Positions 9,330 to 19,244 of a DNA stretch of 64,000 bases are shown one piece after another. Source of the DNA: a virus. Made by a program: the position numbers and the translations under genes. Position 1 is the first letter of the stretch, and each line of letters starts with the position of its first letter. The DNA lies in IMG/VR virus record IMGVR_UViG_3300009499_000053; one strand, given 5' to 3'. The notes under the pieces are model-generated. The model was given only the letters and a program-made list of their open reading frames with translations. It did not search any database and had not been told where the DNA came from.

Positions 9330-9602
9330 ATGCCTTATATAAAAGAAGAGGATCGTGTACCGATTAGTAGATATCTAAATGATCTGATAGCAATACTCAG
9401 AATCAAGACAGATAAGGGAAAACAAAGCAATGGTCAGGTAGTTTATGCTATCTATAGGATTATCAAGGAAGTCTATGGAGAAGGACGTTTTGAAGTAAAG
9501 AGTAATGCTTTGAAAGTCTTGGATGCTGCAGGTAAGGAATACTACAGACGAATCATGGTTCCGTACGAAAAAGAGAAGATCAAGGAAAATGGAGACGTCT
9601 AG
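9330..9602 (+). CDS. conserved viral hypothetical protein (MPYIK-type)
   Basis: MPYIKEEDR...EYYRRIMVPYEKEKIKENGDV, a pattern I recognise from a widespread small phage family. Confidence 0.6.
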   Translation: MPYIKEEDRVPISRYLNDLIAILRIKTDKGKQSNGQVVYAIYRIIKEVYGEGRFEVKSNALKVLDAAGKEYYRRIMVPYEKEKIKENGDV

Positions 9603-9864
9603 TTTGGGTCTCAATTACTTTAAGTGTAAAATCTGTGGATTCTCTTTTCTAGAACTGTACAATCTTGAACACCATATGCTAACTTATCATAGGAAAGAAC
9701 ATACCCTAAAGAGGAAACAAGGTAACTTTGGTTGTTATTGGAGATGTTCCGAGTGTGGAATGGCATTCAAGAATGTGAAAACAGCTCTCAATCATTCAGG
9801 AGAAATGAATCATAATCCGACAGAGAGAATCGAACTGGATGGCTTTAATCCTTCGAGGAGATAA
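9589..9864 (+). CDS. C2H2 zinc-finger protein with two motif copies (HNPTER, FNPSRR*)
   Basis: CKIC...HHMLTYH; CSEC...H...H. Confidence 0.65.
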   Translation: METSSLGLNYFKCKICGFSFLELYNLEHHMLTYHRKEHTLKRKQGNFGCYWRCSECGMAFKNVKTALNHSGEMNHNPTERIELDGFNPSRR

Positions 9865-9865
9865 T

Positions 9866-9976
9866 ATGTGGGAATGTCCTTTCTGTGGTTCTGAGGCAGA
9901 GAGAGTCTTTCCTAGAGACTATACTTCGCGTTTAATCTATTGTCCAGTTTGTAAGGTTCATACTTCTCCAAACTAA
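9866..9976 (+). CDS. 36-aa Zn-ribbon microprotein (not in ORF track)
   Basis: MWECPFCG...IYCPVCKVHTSPN*. Confidence 0.55.
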   Translation: MWECPFCGSEAERVFPRDYTSRLIYCPVCKVHTSPN

Positions 9977-9978
9977 AG

Positions 9979-10023
9979 ATGGCAGAGAAAGAATTCAATC
10001 CAACAAAAAGAGGGGAAAATTAA
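9979..10023 (+). CDS. 14-aa micro-ORF made essentially of the motif (MAEKEFNPTKRGEN)
   Basis: Starts 2 nt after the upstream stop; its stop abuts the next ATG at 10024. Confidence 0.45.
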   Translation: MAEKEFNPTKRGEN

Positions 10024-10368
10024 ATGAGTGATGAAGGAAAGAAAAAGATCAAGATAGACAGGTATAATCCAAGCTCTAGGAAGAACGAAATAATAGAGAT
10101 AGAGCAGGTACAAATAGGAACAGTAAAGTACAAAGACATTGGAGATAACTTTGAATGCCTTGTAGGGATAGAGACAGAAGATTCGGATGCTGGTTTGTAC
10201 AGAGGAAAGAGTGTAACTATGAACTCACCCAGGAGAATATCTAGGATTAGGTGGGATGTATCTAAACACCACAGCCTAGGAGATAGAGTAGATCTTAGTC
10301 CCAGAGATATTCAAGTCCTAGATGCAATCCTTCAATACCTAAAGAAAATGGGTTACCATGTGGGATAA
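10024..10368 (+). CDS. hypothetical protein with N-terminal YNPSSR
   Basis: Motif near residue 14. Confidence 0.6.
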   Translation: MSDEGKKKIKIDRYNPSSRKNEIIEIEQVQIGTVKYKDIGDNFECLVGIETEDSDAGLYRGKSVTMNSPRRISRIRWDVSKHHSLGDRVDLSPRDIQVLDAILQYLKKMGYHVG

Positions 10369-10566
10369 GAAAGATGGGCAAAGTGAAAGACATACTAAAG
10401 AAACTTAGAGGAAAACAAGGGACTATTTCAGATCTAGAGATTCCACCGGATCATGTTAGATGTTCAAGGTGTAAAAAGACAGTTCCTAAGGGAAAGGCTA
10501 CTGTTGACCTAGAGGCCTCGACAAGACGTACAGAGGTATGGGTCTGTGATGGATGTTTCTTTGGAC

Positions 10567-10809
10567 ATGCAATCTAAGGAATACCCCTCTAATCTTCGGG
10601 GAAGACTCTCGGAACAGACCAGATGTGAAGTCTGTAAAGACTTTCTCAATGATTCTTGGTGTCTAACAAGCGTATGTCAGATTTGTTGTGAGAAGGGACG
10701 TTGTAGGAGAAAAGAACATTGTTGTGTCTATCCAGATATCCTAGTTCGTCTACAGTATCAGAAAAAAGAAAGTGTGATCTATAATCCATCTAAGAGGATA
10801 AAGATTTGA
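10567..10809 (+). CDS. Cys-rich protein ending YNPSKRIKI
   Basis: Multiple Cys; motif. Confidence 0.6.
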   Translation: MQSKEYPSNLRGRLSEQTRCEVCKDFLNDSWCLTSVCQICCEKGRCRRKEHCCVYPDILVRLQYQKKESVIYNPSKRIKI

Positions 10810-11090
10810 CCCTTAAAAAGAGAGAATGTTATTACTGTAAGACAGATGTTACTGAGGGTGAACGTCTGAGGATCAGTTTAATGGCAGGAAAGGCTAAGTA
10901 TGTTGGTACTAGCTTACAAAGTAGTGGACAGCTTGAAAAGATTTATGTCTGTTCTGACTGTTCTAGAGATTACTTTGAACTCATAGTTATGGGACACAGT
11001 AATACGCACAATCACTTAAAGTTAATACTCCAAAGAATGATTCCTACTAAGAGAATAAAGAAAAGAGAATGGAACCCTACGGAGAGATAA
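10806..11090 (+). CDS. Zn-finger protein ending WNPTER
   Basis: CYYC...CSDC; terminal motif. Confidence 0.65.
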   Translation: MTLKKRECYYCKTDVTEGERLRISLMAGKAKYVGTSLQSSGQLEKIYVCSDCSRDYFELIVMGHSNTHNHLKLILQRMIPTKRIKKREWNPTER

Positions 11091-11092
11091 TC

Positions 11093-11503
11093 ATGAAAGC
11101 CTATGTTGATGGATCCTCTACTGGTCTCTACGGATATGAGATAACTACTCCAAGAAAGGAGAGGAGTCTTGTCAGAGACCATCCAATGACAAATAACCAA
11201 GCAGAATGGTTAGCTCTAGTTCATCTACTTATGAACCTAGAGCCCAGAACAAAGTTAACTATCTTCTCTGATTCTCAGATAGTTGTTAATCAGTTAATAG
11301 GGGCATGGGAGACTAGGGACAAGGAGATGCGACACCTTAAGGGAGTTGCTAGGGAACTAATAGAGATAAAGGAACTAAACGTTAAGATGATCTGGATTCC
11401 AAGGAAACAGAATGTCTTTGGTTGGTATCTAGATAAGATCATGAAACATCGTAGGAAGAAGAGAAGGAAGCGTAGAGAGAGGATAAGGAGAGGATATAAT
11501 TGA
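11093..11503 (+). CDS. rnhA: RNase HI-like protein
   Basis: YVDGS, TNNQAEWLAL, DSQIVVNQ, WIPRKQN. Confidence 0.85.
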   Translation: MKAYVDGSSTGLYGYEITTPRKERSLVRDHPMTNNQAEWLALVHLLMNLEPRTKLTIFSDSQIVVNQLIGAWETRDKEMRHLKGVARELIEIKELNVKMIWIPRKQNVFGWYLDKIMKHRRKKRRKRRERIRRGYN

Positions 11504-12711
11504 AAGAACTAAAAGAACTTCTAAAATCAGATAATCTAGTAATTATGGCTTGTCAGGAGTACCCAGGCTTTCCTGATGAAGTACACTTCTGGGGAGGAAT
11601 GGGTGTAGTTGCTCAGTCTATCTCTGAGAGACTAGTCAAGAGAGGCTATGAGGTCCTAGTCATTCCTCGAAGAGTAAAGGAGTATGGAGCCGAAGGTGTC
11701 TTCTATGACCAGAAGAATGAAGTTAATGTTCTAAGTTTACCTACTCAAGCATTCCAAGCAGGAAGTGAGAATGGTGATCTCTATCAGATCTATCCTACTC
11801 GTGCAGGAAGGTCTATCCTAGATCACACCTTCACAACATGGAGGTACTTAGAGAAAATAGGGATGAAGGATCCTATCTTCCACTGCCATGATTGGTTAGA
11901 AGTAGGTACACTCAGGATGTCCAAGAAGAGTGGCTTCCGAAACATCTTAACAGTTCATATGTCTGCCATTAGAACAGAAGATAGGGTGGAAGCAGATAAA
12001 CGTCTAGAACTAGAACGACTGGCAGGAGGTTATGCTGATAAGATCCATTATGTCTCCTTAGCTCAGATGAACTCTTGTAGGTTGTATCACTGGAATCATG
12101 ATAAGAGACACTATGTCATAAAGAATGGTGTAGACATCAATAAGTTTACCCCACCTAAGGAACAACCTATAGGAGACTATGTCTTCTTTGTAGGGAGACT
12201 TACTCCTGTGAAGAATGTTACTGCCCTAGTAAATGGATGGAGACTCTTCAATAATAAATACCCAGGAGTAGAACTAAAGATCCTAGGAGCATCAGGTATC
12301 TCTAACATAGACGTTATGCAGGCTATTGAGAAGTTAGAACCTAATCGGAGAAACAAGGTAGAACTTAGGATTGAGATGGTCTCAGAGGAAGAAAGACTAA
12401 GGTACTACCGGAACTCTACTGTGTGTTGCTTCCCAAGTTCCCAAGAAGCATTTGGTATTGTAGCTGTAGAAGCACAATCCTGTGGAAAGCCTGTAGTAGT
12501 TGGAGATGTAGGTGGCTTTAAGGAGAATGTCCTAGAGGGAGTTACTGGTGTTCATGTCCAGGGTCACATTCCTGAGGAAATAGCTAGAGGTTTAGAACTA
12601 GCCTTCCTTAACAGAAAAGCATGGGGAAAGAACGCTAGGAAATTGGTCAAAGGTTTCTTTTCATGGGATAACCTGATAGATAACTATGTAGAGGAGTTGT
12701 ATGAAGAATGA
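11500..12711 (+). CDS. GT4 (GT-B) glycosyltransferase
   Basis: GGMG, HCHDW, NGVD, FVGRL, EAFGIVAVEA. Confidence 0.88.
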   Translation: MKELKELLKSDNLVIMACQEYPGFPDEVHFWGGMGVVAQSISERLVKRGYEVLVIPRRVKEYGAEGVFYDQKNEVNVLSLPTQAFQAGSENGDLYQIYPTRAGRSILDHTFTTWRYLEKIGMKDPIFHCHDWLEVGTLRMSKKSGFRNILTVHMSAIRTEDRVEADKRLELERLAGGYADKIHYVSLAQMNSCRLYHWNHDKRHYVIKNGVDINKFTPPKEQPIGDYVFFVGRLTPVKNVTALVNGWRLFNNKYPGVELKILGASGISNIDVMQAIEKLEPNRRNKVELRIEMVSEEERLRYYRNSTVCCFPSSQEAFGIVAVEAQSCGKPVVVGDVGGFKENVLEGVTGVHVQGHIPEEIARGLELAFLNRKAWGKNARKLVKGFFSWDNLIDNYVEELYEE

Positions 12712-12922
12712 GATTCAAAAGGAAAAAGACCAAGACTTATATCAAGATAGAGTTTGATAAAAAGACTCAGGAGATTAGGATAGAAGTAGAACCAGAGACT
12801 GTAAGACCTACTGAGATAATCCAGACTCTTATGCTAGCAATAAACGTTATAAGCCAGACTCTACAAAAGGAGTTAAAGGCGAAGAAAGAAAAGAAGAAAC
12901 CAAAGAAGTTGGGATATATTGG

Positions 12923-13231
12923 ATGACTGGACATCACGGACATTCAGTTAATGAGACTAAGGCAAGATCCTTACTTAAGGCAATATCAGGAAGGGTAATT
13001 GAGATTGCTGTAGGAACCCTAGTCTTTGGAACAATAATCTCTATATTCTTTCCAAGTATTCCTAGTCCCTTTATAGCAGGGCTTGGTTTTAATCTATTAG
13101 AGGAAACAGTCTGTTTTATAGTAACCTATGGTACTGAAAGAGTATGGAATAAAGTATCCTGGGGAAGGAAGGTGTTAGATAAAATTGTCATACATGGATC
13201 CAGAGAAGAAGAAGATAGCACAGAAAGCTAA
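12923..13231 (+). CDS. DUF2061-like small membrane protein
   Basis: ETKARSLLKAISGR...ERVWNKVSWGR with two TM segments. Confidence 0.6.
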   Translation: MTGHHGHSVNETKARSLLKAISGRVIEIAVGTLVFGTIISIFFPSIPSPFIAGLGFNLLEETVCFIVTYGTERVWNKVSWGRKVLDKIVIHGSREEEDSTES

Positions 13232-13499
13232 GTGGAGACACTACTATATCTGTAGAATATGCAAGAAGAAGTACAGAGGACGGAAACGATGTTCTAGATG
13301 TGGGTCTAGTAATAGAAGGGAAATACATCATGATGCCAGAAAGAAAGGAAGAAACTGATACGGGGATAGTTAATCTCCTCTGTGAGGAATGCGGAAGGAT
13401 TACCCCTCATATCTTAGAGGAGAGAGGTAGAACTAAGAAGGTTGCAATCTGTGTCCTCTGTGAAGAAGAAGTTGGAATCTTAGGAACAGAGACAGAAGA

Positions 13500-13688
13500 A
13501 TGAAAGATCAATATGGTAGACTACTTCAGTGTCCTCAGTGTCGTGGATATATGATTATAGGAGTCCATGTACCTTTTGCTTCTAGCAGACATCGATGCAC
13601 AGATTGTGGTTATAAGGGTAGGGAAGAGTCCTTTAGGGCTGTTCCAGCTAAGGCTGTAATTGAATACTTTAATCCATCGGAGAGATAG
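13500..13688 (+). CDS. Zn-ribbon protein ending FNPSER
   Basis: CPQC...CTDC; terminal motif. Confidence 0.65.
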   Translation: MKDQYGRLLQCPQCRGYMIIGVHVPFASSRHRCTDCGYKGREESFRAVPAKAVIEYFNPSER

Positions 13689-13690
13689 TA

Positions 13691-13978
13691 ATGAAAAATA
13701 GAACCCTTTCATCTAAGAAGAAGACACTTGACTTTGATAAGATAGAGATAATCATCAGAAGTCTAACCCTAGACGAGTTGACTATAGTCCTTGGAAAGAT
13801 AAAGAACGGTCCTCTTCATGGAGCAAAGCAGGCACTTGAATATGGAATAGTATCTCCTCCCAGTATCAAGAATAATCCTGGAAGATTAAACGCTGAGATT
13901 GCACTTGTTGTTGCAACAGAGATTCTAACACTATCAGGACTATATGAGAAACCCCCCTATAACCCCTCCGAGAGATAA
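13691..13978 (+). CDS. small protein ending YNPSER
   Basis: Terminal motif; no Cys. Confidence 0.6.
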   Translation: MKNRTLSSKKKTLDFDKIEIIIRSLTLDELTIVLGKIKNGPLHGAKQALEYGIVSPPSIKNNPGRLNAEIALVVATEILTLSGLYEKPPYNPSER

Positions 13979-13980
13979 GT

Positions 13981-14217
13981 ATGGGCTTCATTTCATCATC
14001 AACAGTAGAGTTTAAAAAGGCAAAGTACCCAAAGCTCACGATGGAAACTATCTGTGCTAACTGTGGAACAATGGGTTGGAAGACTATGATGAGGAAAACG
14101 GGTAGACTATGGGTCTGTAATAGCTGTTGGAAACTATTCAAAGAAGAGATAATGAACCAAAAGACCGACAATGTAACAGTTAGGAAAAGAAGGTTTAATC
14201 CATCGGAGAGGTACTGA
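13981..14217 (+). CDS. Zn-finger protein ending FNPSERY
   Basis: CANC...CNSC; motif. Confidence 0.65.
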   Translation: MGFISSSTVEFKKAKYPKLTMETICANCGTMGWKTMMRKTGRLWVCNSCWKLFKEEIMNQKTDNVTVRKRRFNPSERY

Positions 14218-14381
14218 TGGAAACCACATGTTCCTTTTGTGGAAGGAAATCTAAGATTACTACGATAATCAGTAGTTTCTTTATTTGTGAGAGATGTCAT
14301 CTAGAGTATGAAAAGACAAAAGCTGGAATGACTACAATGGAAAAGTATAAAGATAAACGATTTAACCCATCGGAGAGATAA
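14217..14381 (+). CDS. Zn-finger protein ending FNPSER (not in ORF track)
   Basis: METTCSFCG...ICERCH...KRFNPSER*. Confidence 0.65.
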   Translation: METTCSFCGRKSKITTIISSFFICERCHLEYEKTKAGMTTMEKYKDKRFNPSER

Positions 14382-14383
14382 AA

Positions 14384-14596
14384 ATGGAATGTCCAACCTG
14401 TAATAAGGAGAGTCAACCTCTCTGTCCATTCTATGATGGATGTAAATATAGACATTCACAGCTCCAAGCAGAGAGGGTTTGCTGGAAGACACCACACTAC
14501 TGTGACATCTATAGAAAGAAGAACAGAAGAGCACCCCCGACAGAACGAGAGGAGGAGTTTAATCCTTCAGAGAGGGATAATGATGTTGATATGTAG
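14384..14596 (+). CDS. Cys-rich protein with FNPSER near C-terminus
   Basis: CPTC, several more Cys; motif. Confidence 0.6.
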   Translation: MECPTCNKESQPLCPFYDGCKYRHSQLQAERVCWKTPHYCDIYRKKNRRAPPTEREEEFNPSERDNDVDM

Positions 14597-14789
14597 TGAG
14601 TGTCTTATGGACTATAAGCTCTCCAAACCAATGTTCCTTACCTCAAGGAGTAAAAGTCTTTGTGAAGATTGTAATCGGATCAGAACTTGTTTTAATATTC
14701 CTGCAAGTGTATACTCTTACAAGGATCTAAGGGACGTTAAGATACTAGAGAGAAAGAGAAAGAAATCATTCAACCCTTCGGAGAGGTAA
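14580..14789 (+). CDS. Zn-finger protein ending FNPSER
   Basis: CSEC...CEDC; terminal motif. Confidence 0.6.
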   Translation: MMLICSECLMDYKLSKPMFLTSRSKSLCEDCNRIRTCFNIPASVYSYKDLRDVKILERKRKKSFNPSER

Positions 14790-14792
14790 GAA

Positions 14793-15026
14793 TTGGGTGG
14801 ACGAGTTAGTTGGGAAGATGCGTATACACCTTGTAAGAAAGCGATAGTACCTTTATATGGGGAGAAGAAGAAAGTAAAGTATAGTTATTGTAATGACTGT
14901 CAGTTTTCTTTTGAGAGGAAGAGTCGGAGGAAAGATTGTCCCAAGTGTGGATCCTATAACATTTCTTTTATGGGAGGGAGTTTTGTCCCAGTAAAGGGGA
15001 TGTATTGGAATCCTTCAGAGAGATGA
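14793..15026 (+). CDS. Zn-ribbon protein ending WNPSER
   Basis: CNDC...CPKCGS; terminal motif. Confidence 0.65.
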   Translation: MGGRVSWEDAYTPCKKAIVPLYGEKKKVKYSYCNDCQFSFERKSRRKDCPKCGSYNISFMGGSFVPVKGMYWNPSER

Positions 15027-15349
15027 GGAGGAATGAGGAATTAATGCCTTGCAAACGGTTACCAAATGAGACACTTAAAGAATATAGGAAAAGAAGAGCT
15101 ATAGAATACAAAAAGAGAATACAGGGATACTTCAGCTCAATTGATGAAGCCTTTGGTGACGCTATGGGAGACAATAAGAAATCCTTCAAAAAAGCCTTTG
15201 AATCCAGTACAGGTGTTAAGGTCAACGAGAAGACAAGAGTTAAAGTTAATCAGATAACAGATACAGAAGATGGTTGTAAACGTTATGATGGAAACAGAAA
15301 AGAATCATCTAAAAAGGTCAATGAAATAACAGATAAAGAGGAATGAGAA

Positions 15350-16846
15350 ATGGAAAACATATGGAAAGTAGATATGAATCGTCTAATAAAACTAGTAGCA
15401 GAGAGAATGTATAGTGATCCAATTAAAGCAGGAATAAGAGAACTAATCACAAATAGTCTAGACGCTCGGGTAGGACAGGTAACGATCCGGATAGACTATG
15501 ATGATATTCAGAAGACATTACATTATTCAGACTCAGGAATAGGAATAGATCCTAAGACCTTTAAGGATATCTATGGCAAGATAGCATCAGGCCATAAGAG
15601 ACGTAAGAACTCCAGAGGCTTCTTTGGTATAGGGAGAATGTCCCTAATTGCTGCATCTAAGAAAGGAATGATAGTATCCTACAAGGATAATAGAGTCTAT
15701 ACCTGGTTCTTTAACAAGAAGGGATGGAATGGACCTGAGGTACAGGATGATGAGGATAAGATAGGCCATGGAGTCTACATCTATTTCAATGGTATAGAGA
15801 TAGAGGATCTAGGAGAGATGGAGCTATGGATCCAGAAGACTTTTTCTGTTCCCCTAGCGAGAAAGGAATGTACCATCCAGTTCCAGATGGGGAGTATTTC
15901 TAGTCTAATTGATGATCAGTGGACTGTGTACCCTGAGATTAAGACTAAGAATGGTCCAATTCTGTTCTATGCTAAGGAACAGACAGATGGAACTCTTCAT
16001 GTATGTCAGAAGGGAATCTTAGTAAAGGAAGAGAGTTATACCGGTCTAACTGTGTTCGCAGACCAGAGCTTCTTAGAGATTAAGACAGATAGGGAAGGTT
16101 TTATTAATAATGCTAAGTATCGTCAGTTCAACTCTATTGTGAAGAAGGAACTGGCTAAGATAAGACCACAGAAGAGCTTCAAGAAGATGGAAGTGCATTT
16201 CATTCGTAGACTTATGAAGGAGTTTAAGAAGTATTGGCTTGTCCAGGCAAAGAAGACTGATCCTGTTCTGGAGAAAGTAATACTAGAGTTTCCTAAGACA
16301 GGGAAAGAGTTAGTTACAGATAAACCAGAGACTAAGGAGACTATTCCACTTATTGATCAGCCAGGGTTTGAAGAGGTCAAGAAAGAACTAGAACTATGGG
16401 ACAATGTACCAAGTGAAGGACTAGATGGACCTTTCCCACCACCAGAAGGACAAGAACACAAGGAAGGAACAAAGAGCACCGAGGTTATCAAGGCTGAAGA
16501 TGTAGAAGGGGATAGAGCAGGTTACAGTACAGCTGCAGAAGCAGAAGACAATAAAATAATCAAGGAGAAGACGGTAGTAATAAAAGGAGCTAAACCCGTT
16601 GATCTTGGAGAGGATTATCCAATGGTCTTCTTTGAGACTGATCCATTCATACTTGTCTTCAATACCTCACATCCAGTCTTTAAACAACTGGTAGAGAAGG
16701 GGAAACTTAGCTCTGCTCAGTTAGCTGTTCTATTTGAGAGGATGTTTGAGTGTGCATACACTGATCGTTTCCCAGTAGAATCACCCGAAGAGTTGAAGAA
16801 AAGATGGAAGGAAGTCGATCTGAAACTCAAGGAAATATTCAAGTAG
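15350..16846 (+). CDS. GHKL (Hsp90/MORC-like) ATPase
   Basis: RELITNSLDA, DSGIGI, GFFGIG Bergerat motifs; acidic linker. Confidence 0.8.
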   Translation: MENIWKVDMNRLIKLVAERMYSDPIKAGIRELITNSLDARVGQVTIRIDYDDIQKTLHYSDSGIGIDPKTFKDIYGKIASGHKRRKNSRGFFGIGRMSLIAASKKGMIVSYKDNRVYTWFFNKKGWNGPEVQDDEDKIGHGVYIYFNGIEIEDLGEMELWIQKTFSVPLARKECTIQFQMGSISSLIDDQWTVYPEIKTKNGPILFYAKEQTDGTLHVCQKGILVKEESYTGLTVFADQSFLEIKTDREGFINNAKYRQFNSIVKKELAKIRPQKSFKKMEVHFIRRLMKEFKKYWLVQAKKTDPVLEKVILEFPKTGKELVTDKPETKETIPLIDQPGFEEVKKELELWDNVPSEGLDGPFPPPEGQEHKEGTKSTEVIKAEDVEGDRAGYSTAAEAEDNKIIKEKTVVIKGAKPVDLGEDYPMVFFETDPFILVFNTSHPVFKQLVEKGKLSSAQLAVLFERMFECAYTDRFPVESPEELKKRWKEVDLKLKEIFK

Positions 16847-17019
16847 ACTTCAACCCCTCAGAGAGAAAGGACAGACGAAAGAGGGTACTTAAGGCCCTTA
16901 AGGTTCTGGAGAGTACAGAGTATCTAACTGAGGAAGAATGGGATAAACTTAGTAGATTAAGGGAAAAGTCACGAAGGAGAGACTTTGTAAGATGGATGAA
17001 AAACCGAGGACTAAAGTAG
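16804..17019 (+). CDS. small protein with N-terminal FNPSER
   Basis: Motif in frame. Confidence 0.5.
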   Translation: MEGSRSETQGNIQVDFNPSERKDRRKRVLKALKVLESTEYLTEEEWDKLSRLREKSRRRDFVRWMKNRGLK

Positions 17020-17337
17020 GAAGAAGGACTTTACAGAAGAAGTACTGGGAATCAGATATCCACTGTACCATGAATCATAAGGAAGTGAAGATCTTCTCTA
17101 CTGAATTCTGGCCTACATTATTTGGGTCTTCAGATTTAGATCTAATAGGAGCAAAGGGAACGTGGACTAATATTCCAGGATTTACTCTCTATTTCCAACC
17201 TAGTACAGAAGTAGTAATTGATTCGATAGTAGTATCCCTAAAGAGGAATGGTAGAACTTGGTTCATAGTTAAGAAGAAAATCATACCTGAGATTAAGATG
17301 CAATCTCAAGATACATTTAGACTAACAATACAAATGG

Positions 17338-17628
17338 ATGAGTCATGGAATGGTAAGTAAGAAGAGAAAGGTAATATTAACCTTCAATCCTTCATCTAGA
17401 AACCCAGTTACATTAGATGAGGATGGGTTGGACTTCATTGAAAGTACAATCCGAAACGCAGGAATAAAGTTTGCTGATGAACAGGATAAGCAGACCATGA
17501 TTATCCTTATGGGGATAATTAGGAAGAAACTTAAACATGAATCTGACTTTGCTCAGAAACTTAGAGAGTTTCTAGAGATAGATAAGTTGATACAGGAGAA
17601 TAAGGTTGAATGGTGTGTTAAGCAATGA
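17338..17628 (+). CDS. small protein with N-terminal FNPSSR
   Basis: Motif in frame. Confidence 0.55.
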   Translation: MSHGMVSKKRKVILTFNPSSRNPVTLDEDGLDFIESTIRNAGIKFADEQDKQTMIILMGIIRKKLKHESDFAQKLREFLEIDKLIQENKVEWCVKQ

Positions 17629-17662
17629 CAGAACCAGCCTTTAGACATGGGAAGTATGAAGA

Positions 17663-18274
17663 TTGACTAAAAGATCTAGTGTTTCTACTGAACTTGTTAC
17701 CTACAGATGTCCTTCTTGTAAGACCTTTAATAAGCCGTATTTCCATAACAGAAAGGGAATTGCCTTTACTCTATGTTCAGAGTGTAAGGCTCAGTATAAG
17801 ACAAGTACTAAGGCATCTGCTAGCTTCCGTAAGTTCTCCTCAAGACATGGAAGAAAGCCTAACCGAAGTCCTATCCACTACTCCTCATCTGAACGTTCAG
17901 GAAAGAAGTTCCTAGAGAAGTTAGGGTTAGTAGAGGGATTTGACTTCTTCCATAACCCACGAGTAGAGACGGTAAGTGTAAATGGAAGGAAGATGTACTA
18001 CTGGTTAGACTTCGTAGTTCCTGCAGTTAAACTTGTGATAGAGATCTCTCCTGAGATGTGGCACAGGTTAGATGGTGTTCCTGAGAAGGATGAGAGGAAA
18101 CGTAAGTTCATAGAGGATCTCGGTTGGACTCTTATTGATCTGAAGACTGCTGATGTCAGACGTCTAAATAGAACAAGACCTAACTCTTCTAAGAGAACCA
18201 AGGTGTGTAGGGAACTTGATAAGATACTTAAATTAAAAGAACAAGGGAAAAGAGGTGAAACTAAGTGTTGTTGA
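17663..18274 (+). CDS. Zn-ribbon plus DUF559/Vsr-like PD-(D/E)xK endonuclease
   Basis: CPSC...CSEC; LDF...LVIEI...WH...D..R...LGW. Confidence 0.65.
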   Translation: MTKRSSVSTELVTYRCPSCKTFNKPYFHNRKGIAFTLCSECKAQYKTSTKASASFRKFSSRHGRKPNRSPIHYSSSERSGKKFLEKLGLVEGFDFFHNPRVETVSVNGRKMYYWLDFVVPAVKLVIEISPEMWHRLDGVPEKDERKRKFIEDLGWTLIDLKTADVRRLNRTRPNSSKRTKVCRELDKILKLKEQGKRGETKCC

Positions 18275-18573
18275 CTATCATTATTGTAGCCTTTATCATA
18301 AGTCTATTAGTTACTTACCGAAACTACAGAAAGGTTAGGGCCAGAGCAGAACCCTATAATCCATTCAAAGAAACTAGAATGAAAGTTAAAGTAGGCTGTA
18401 CTAAGTGTAACTACACAAAGACTAGAGCCTTTAAACACTCTGAGTACATCTTCCAAGAGATTGGTAAGTGTCCTAAGTGTGGAAAGACTACAATAATAAA
18501 GGGAATATACCATCAGAAAAAGAAATCAAGAAAGGAAATAAAGTGGGAAAAATGGCTAGCGCAGTGGCAGTAA
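18265..18573 (+). CDS. membrane-anchored Zn-ribbon protein
   Basis: N-terminal TM; CTKC...CPKC. Confidence 0.55.
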   Translation: MLLTIIIVAFIISLLVTYRNYRKVRARAEPYNPFKETRMKVKVGCTKCNYTKTRAFKHSEYIFQEIGKCPKCGKTTIIKGIYHQKKKSRKEIKWEKWLAQWQ

Positions 18574-19013
18574 AGAAAAAGGAAAGAATAGGATTTGACT
18601 TTGATAATACACTGACTAGGCTGCCATTTCCTTTTAGTTTCCTAAATAGGGTATTCAACTGTGCTCAGACACCTAGGTTTATCTATGAAGTCTACTTTAA
18701 TGTAATGATTAGATTGCCTATATTCCTGAATCATAAGAAACTCAAGGTTATTAAACTGTTCTCAGATCAGTATGACATGTTTATTATTACTGGAAGATGG
18801 AATGGTGAAGTACCGATAACTTACCTTCTAGATAAGTATGGGTACTTTGTAGCATTTAAGGGAATCTATGCACCCCATCCACCTCCTAGGGTATCTATTC
18901 AATCATTCAAATGGTATAACTGTAGAAGACTGGATCTTGATTGGTACTTTGAGGATAACTACTATACTATCTATTACCTATGGAAGAGGGGCATAAAGGT
19001 AGTGAGGGTTTAG
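18552..19013 (+). CDS. HAD-superfamily phosphatase
   Basis: DFDNTL, ITGR, K, FEDN motifs. Confidence 0.7.
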   Translation: MASAVAVKKKERIGFDFDNTLTRLPFPFSFLNRVFNCAQTPRFIYEVYFNVMIRLPIFLNHKKLKVIKLFSDQYDMFIITGRWNGEVPITYLLDKYGYFVAFKGIYAPHPPPRVSIQSFKWYNCRRLDLDWYFEDNYYTIYYLWKRGIKVVRV

Positions 19014-19244
19014 AATGAAATGTGTAGATAAGAAAGGTCATGAATATGGCTTCGTAGGTTACATGGTAGTCTGTGAAGAGATTCAGGGAAAGACAGAGAA
19101 AGGACGAAGAACGCCACAACCAGGAACCGCAGGGCCTGTTATTCTTAAACTACCTGAACACTTCTCTGCAAAGATAGAAGTCTGGCAATGTCTTAAGTGT
19201 GGTCACATTAAATTAGCTCCTGCTGTCTTTACGAGGTTATAGAG

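Noticed and set aside
6217-15026. Tag-coding DNA (TTTAATCCWTCGGAGAG-like) as a CRISPR repeat, attC-like site or promoter
   Set aside because: Too degenerate at synonymous positions, always in frame, irregular gene-sized spacing, no consistent palindrome, and no cas or integrase gene in the window.
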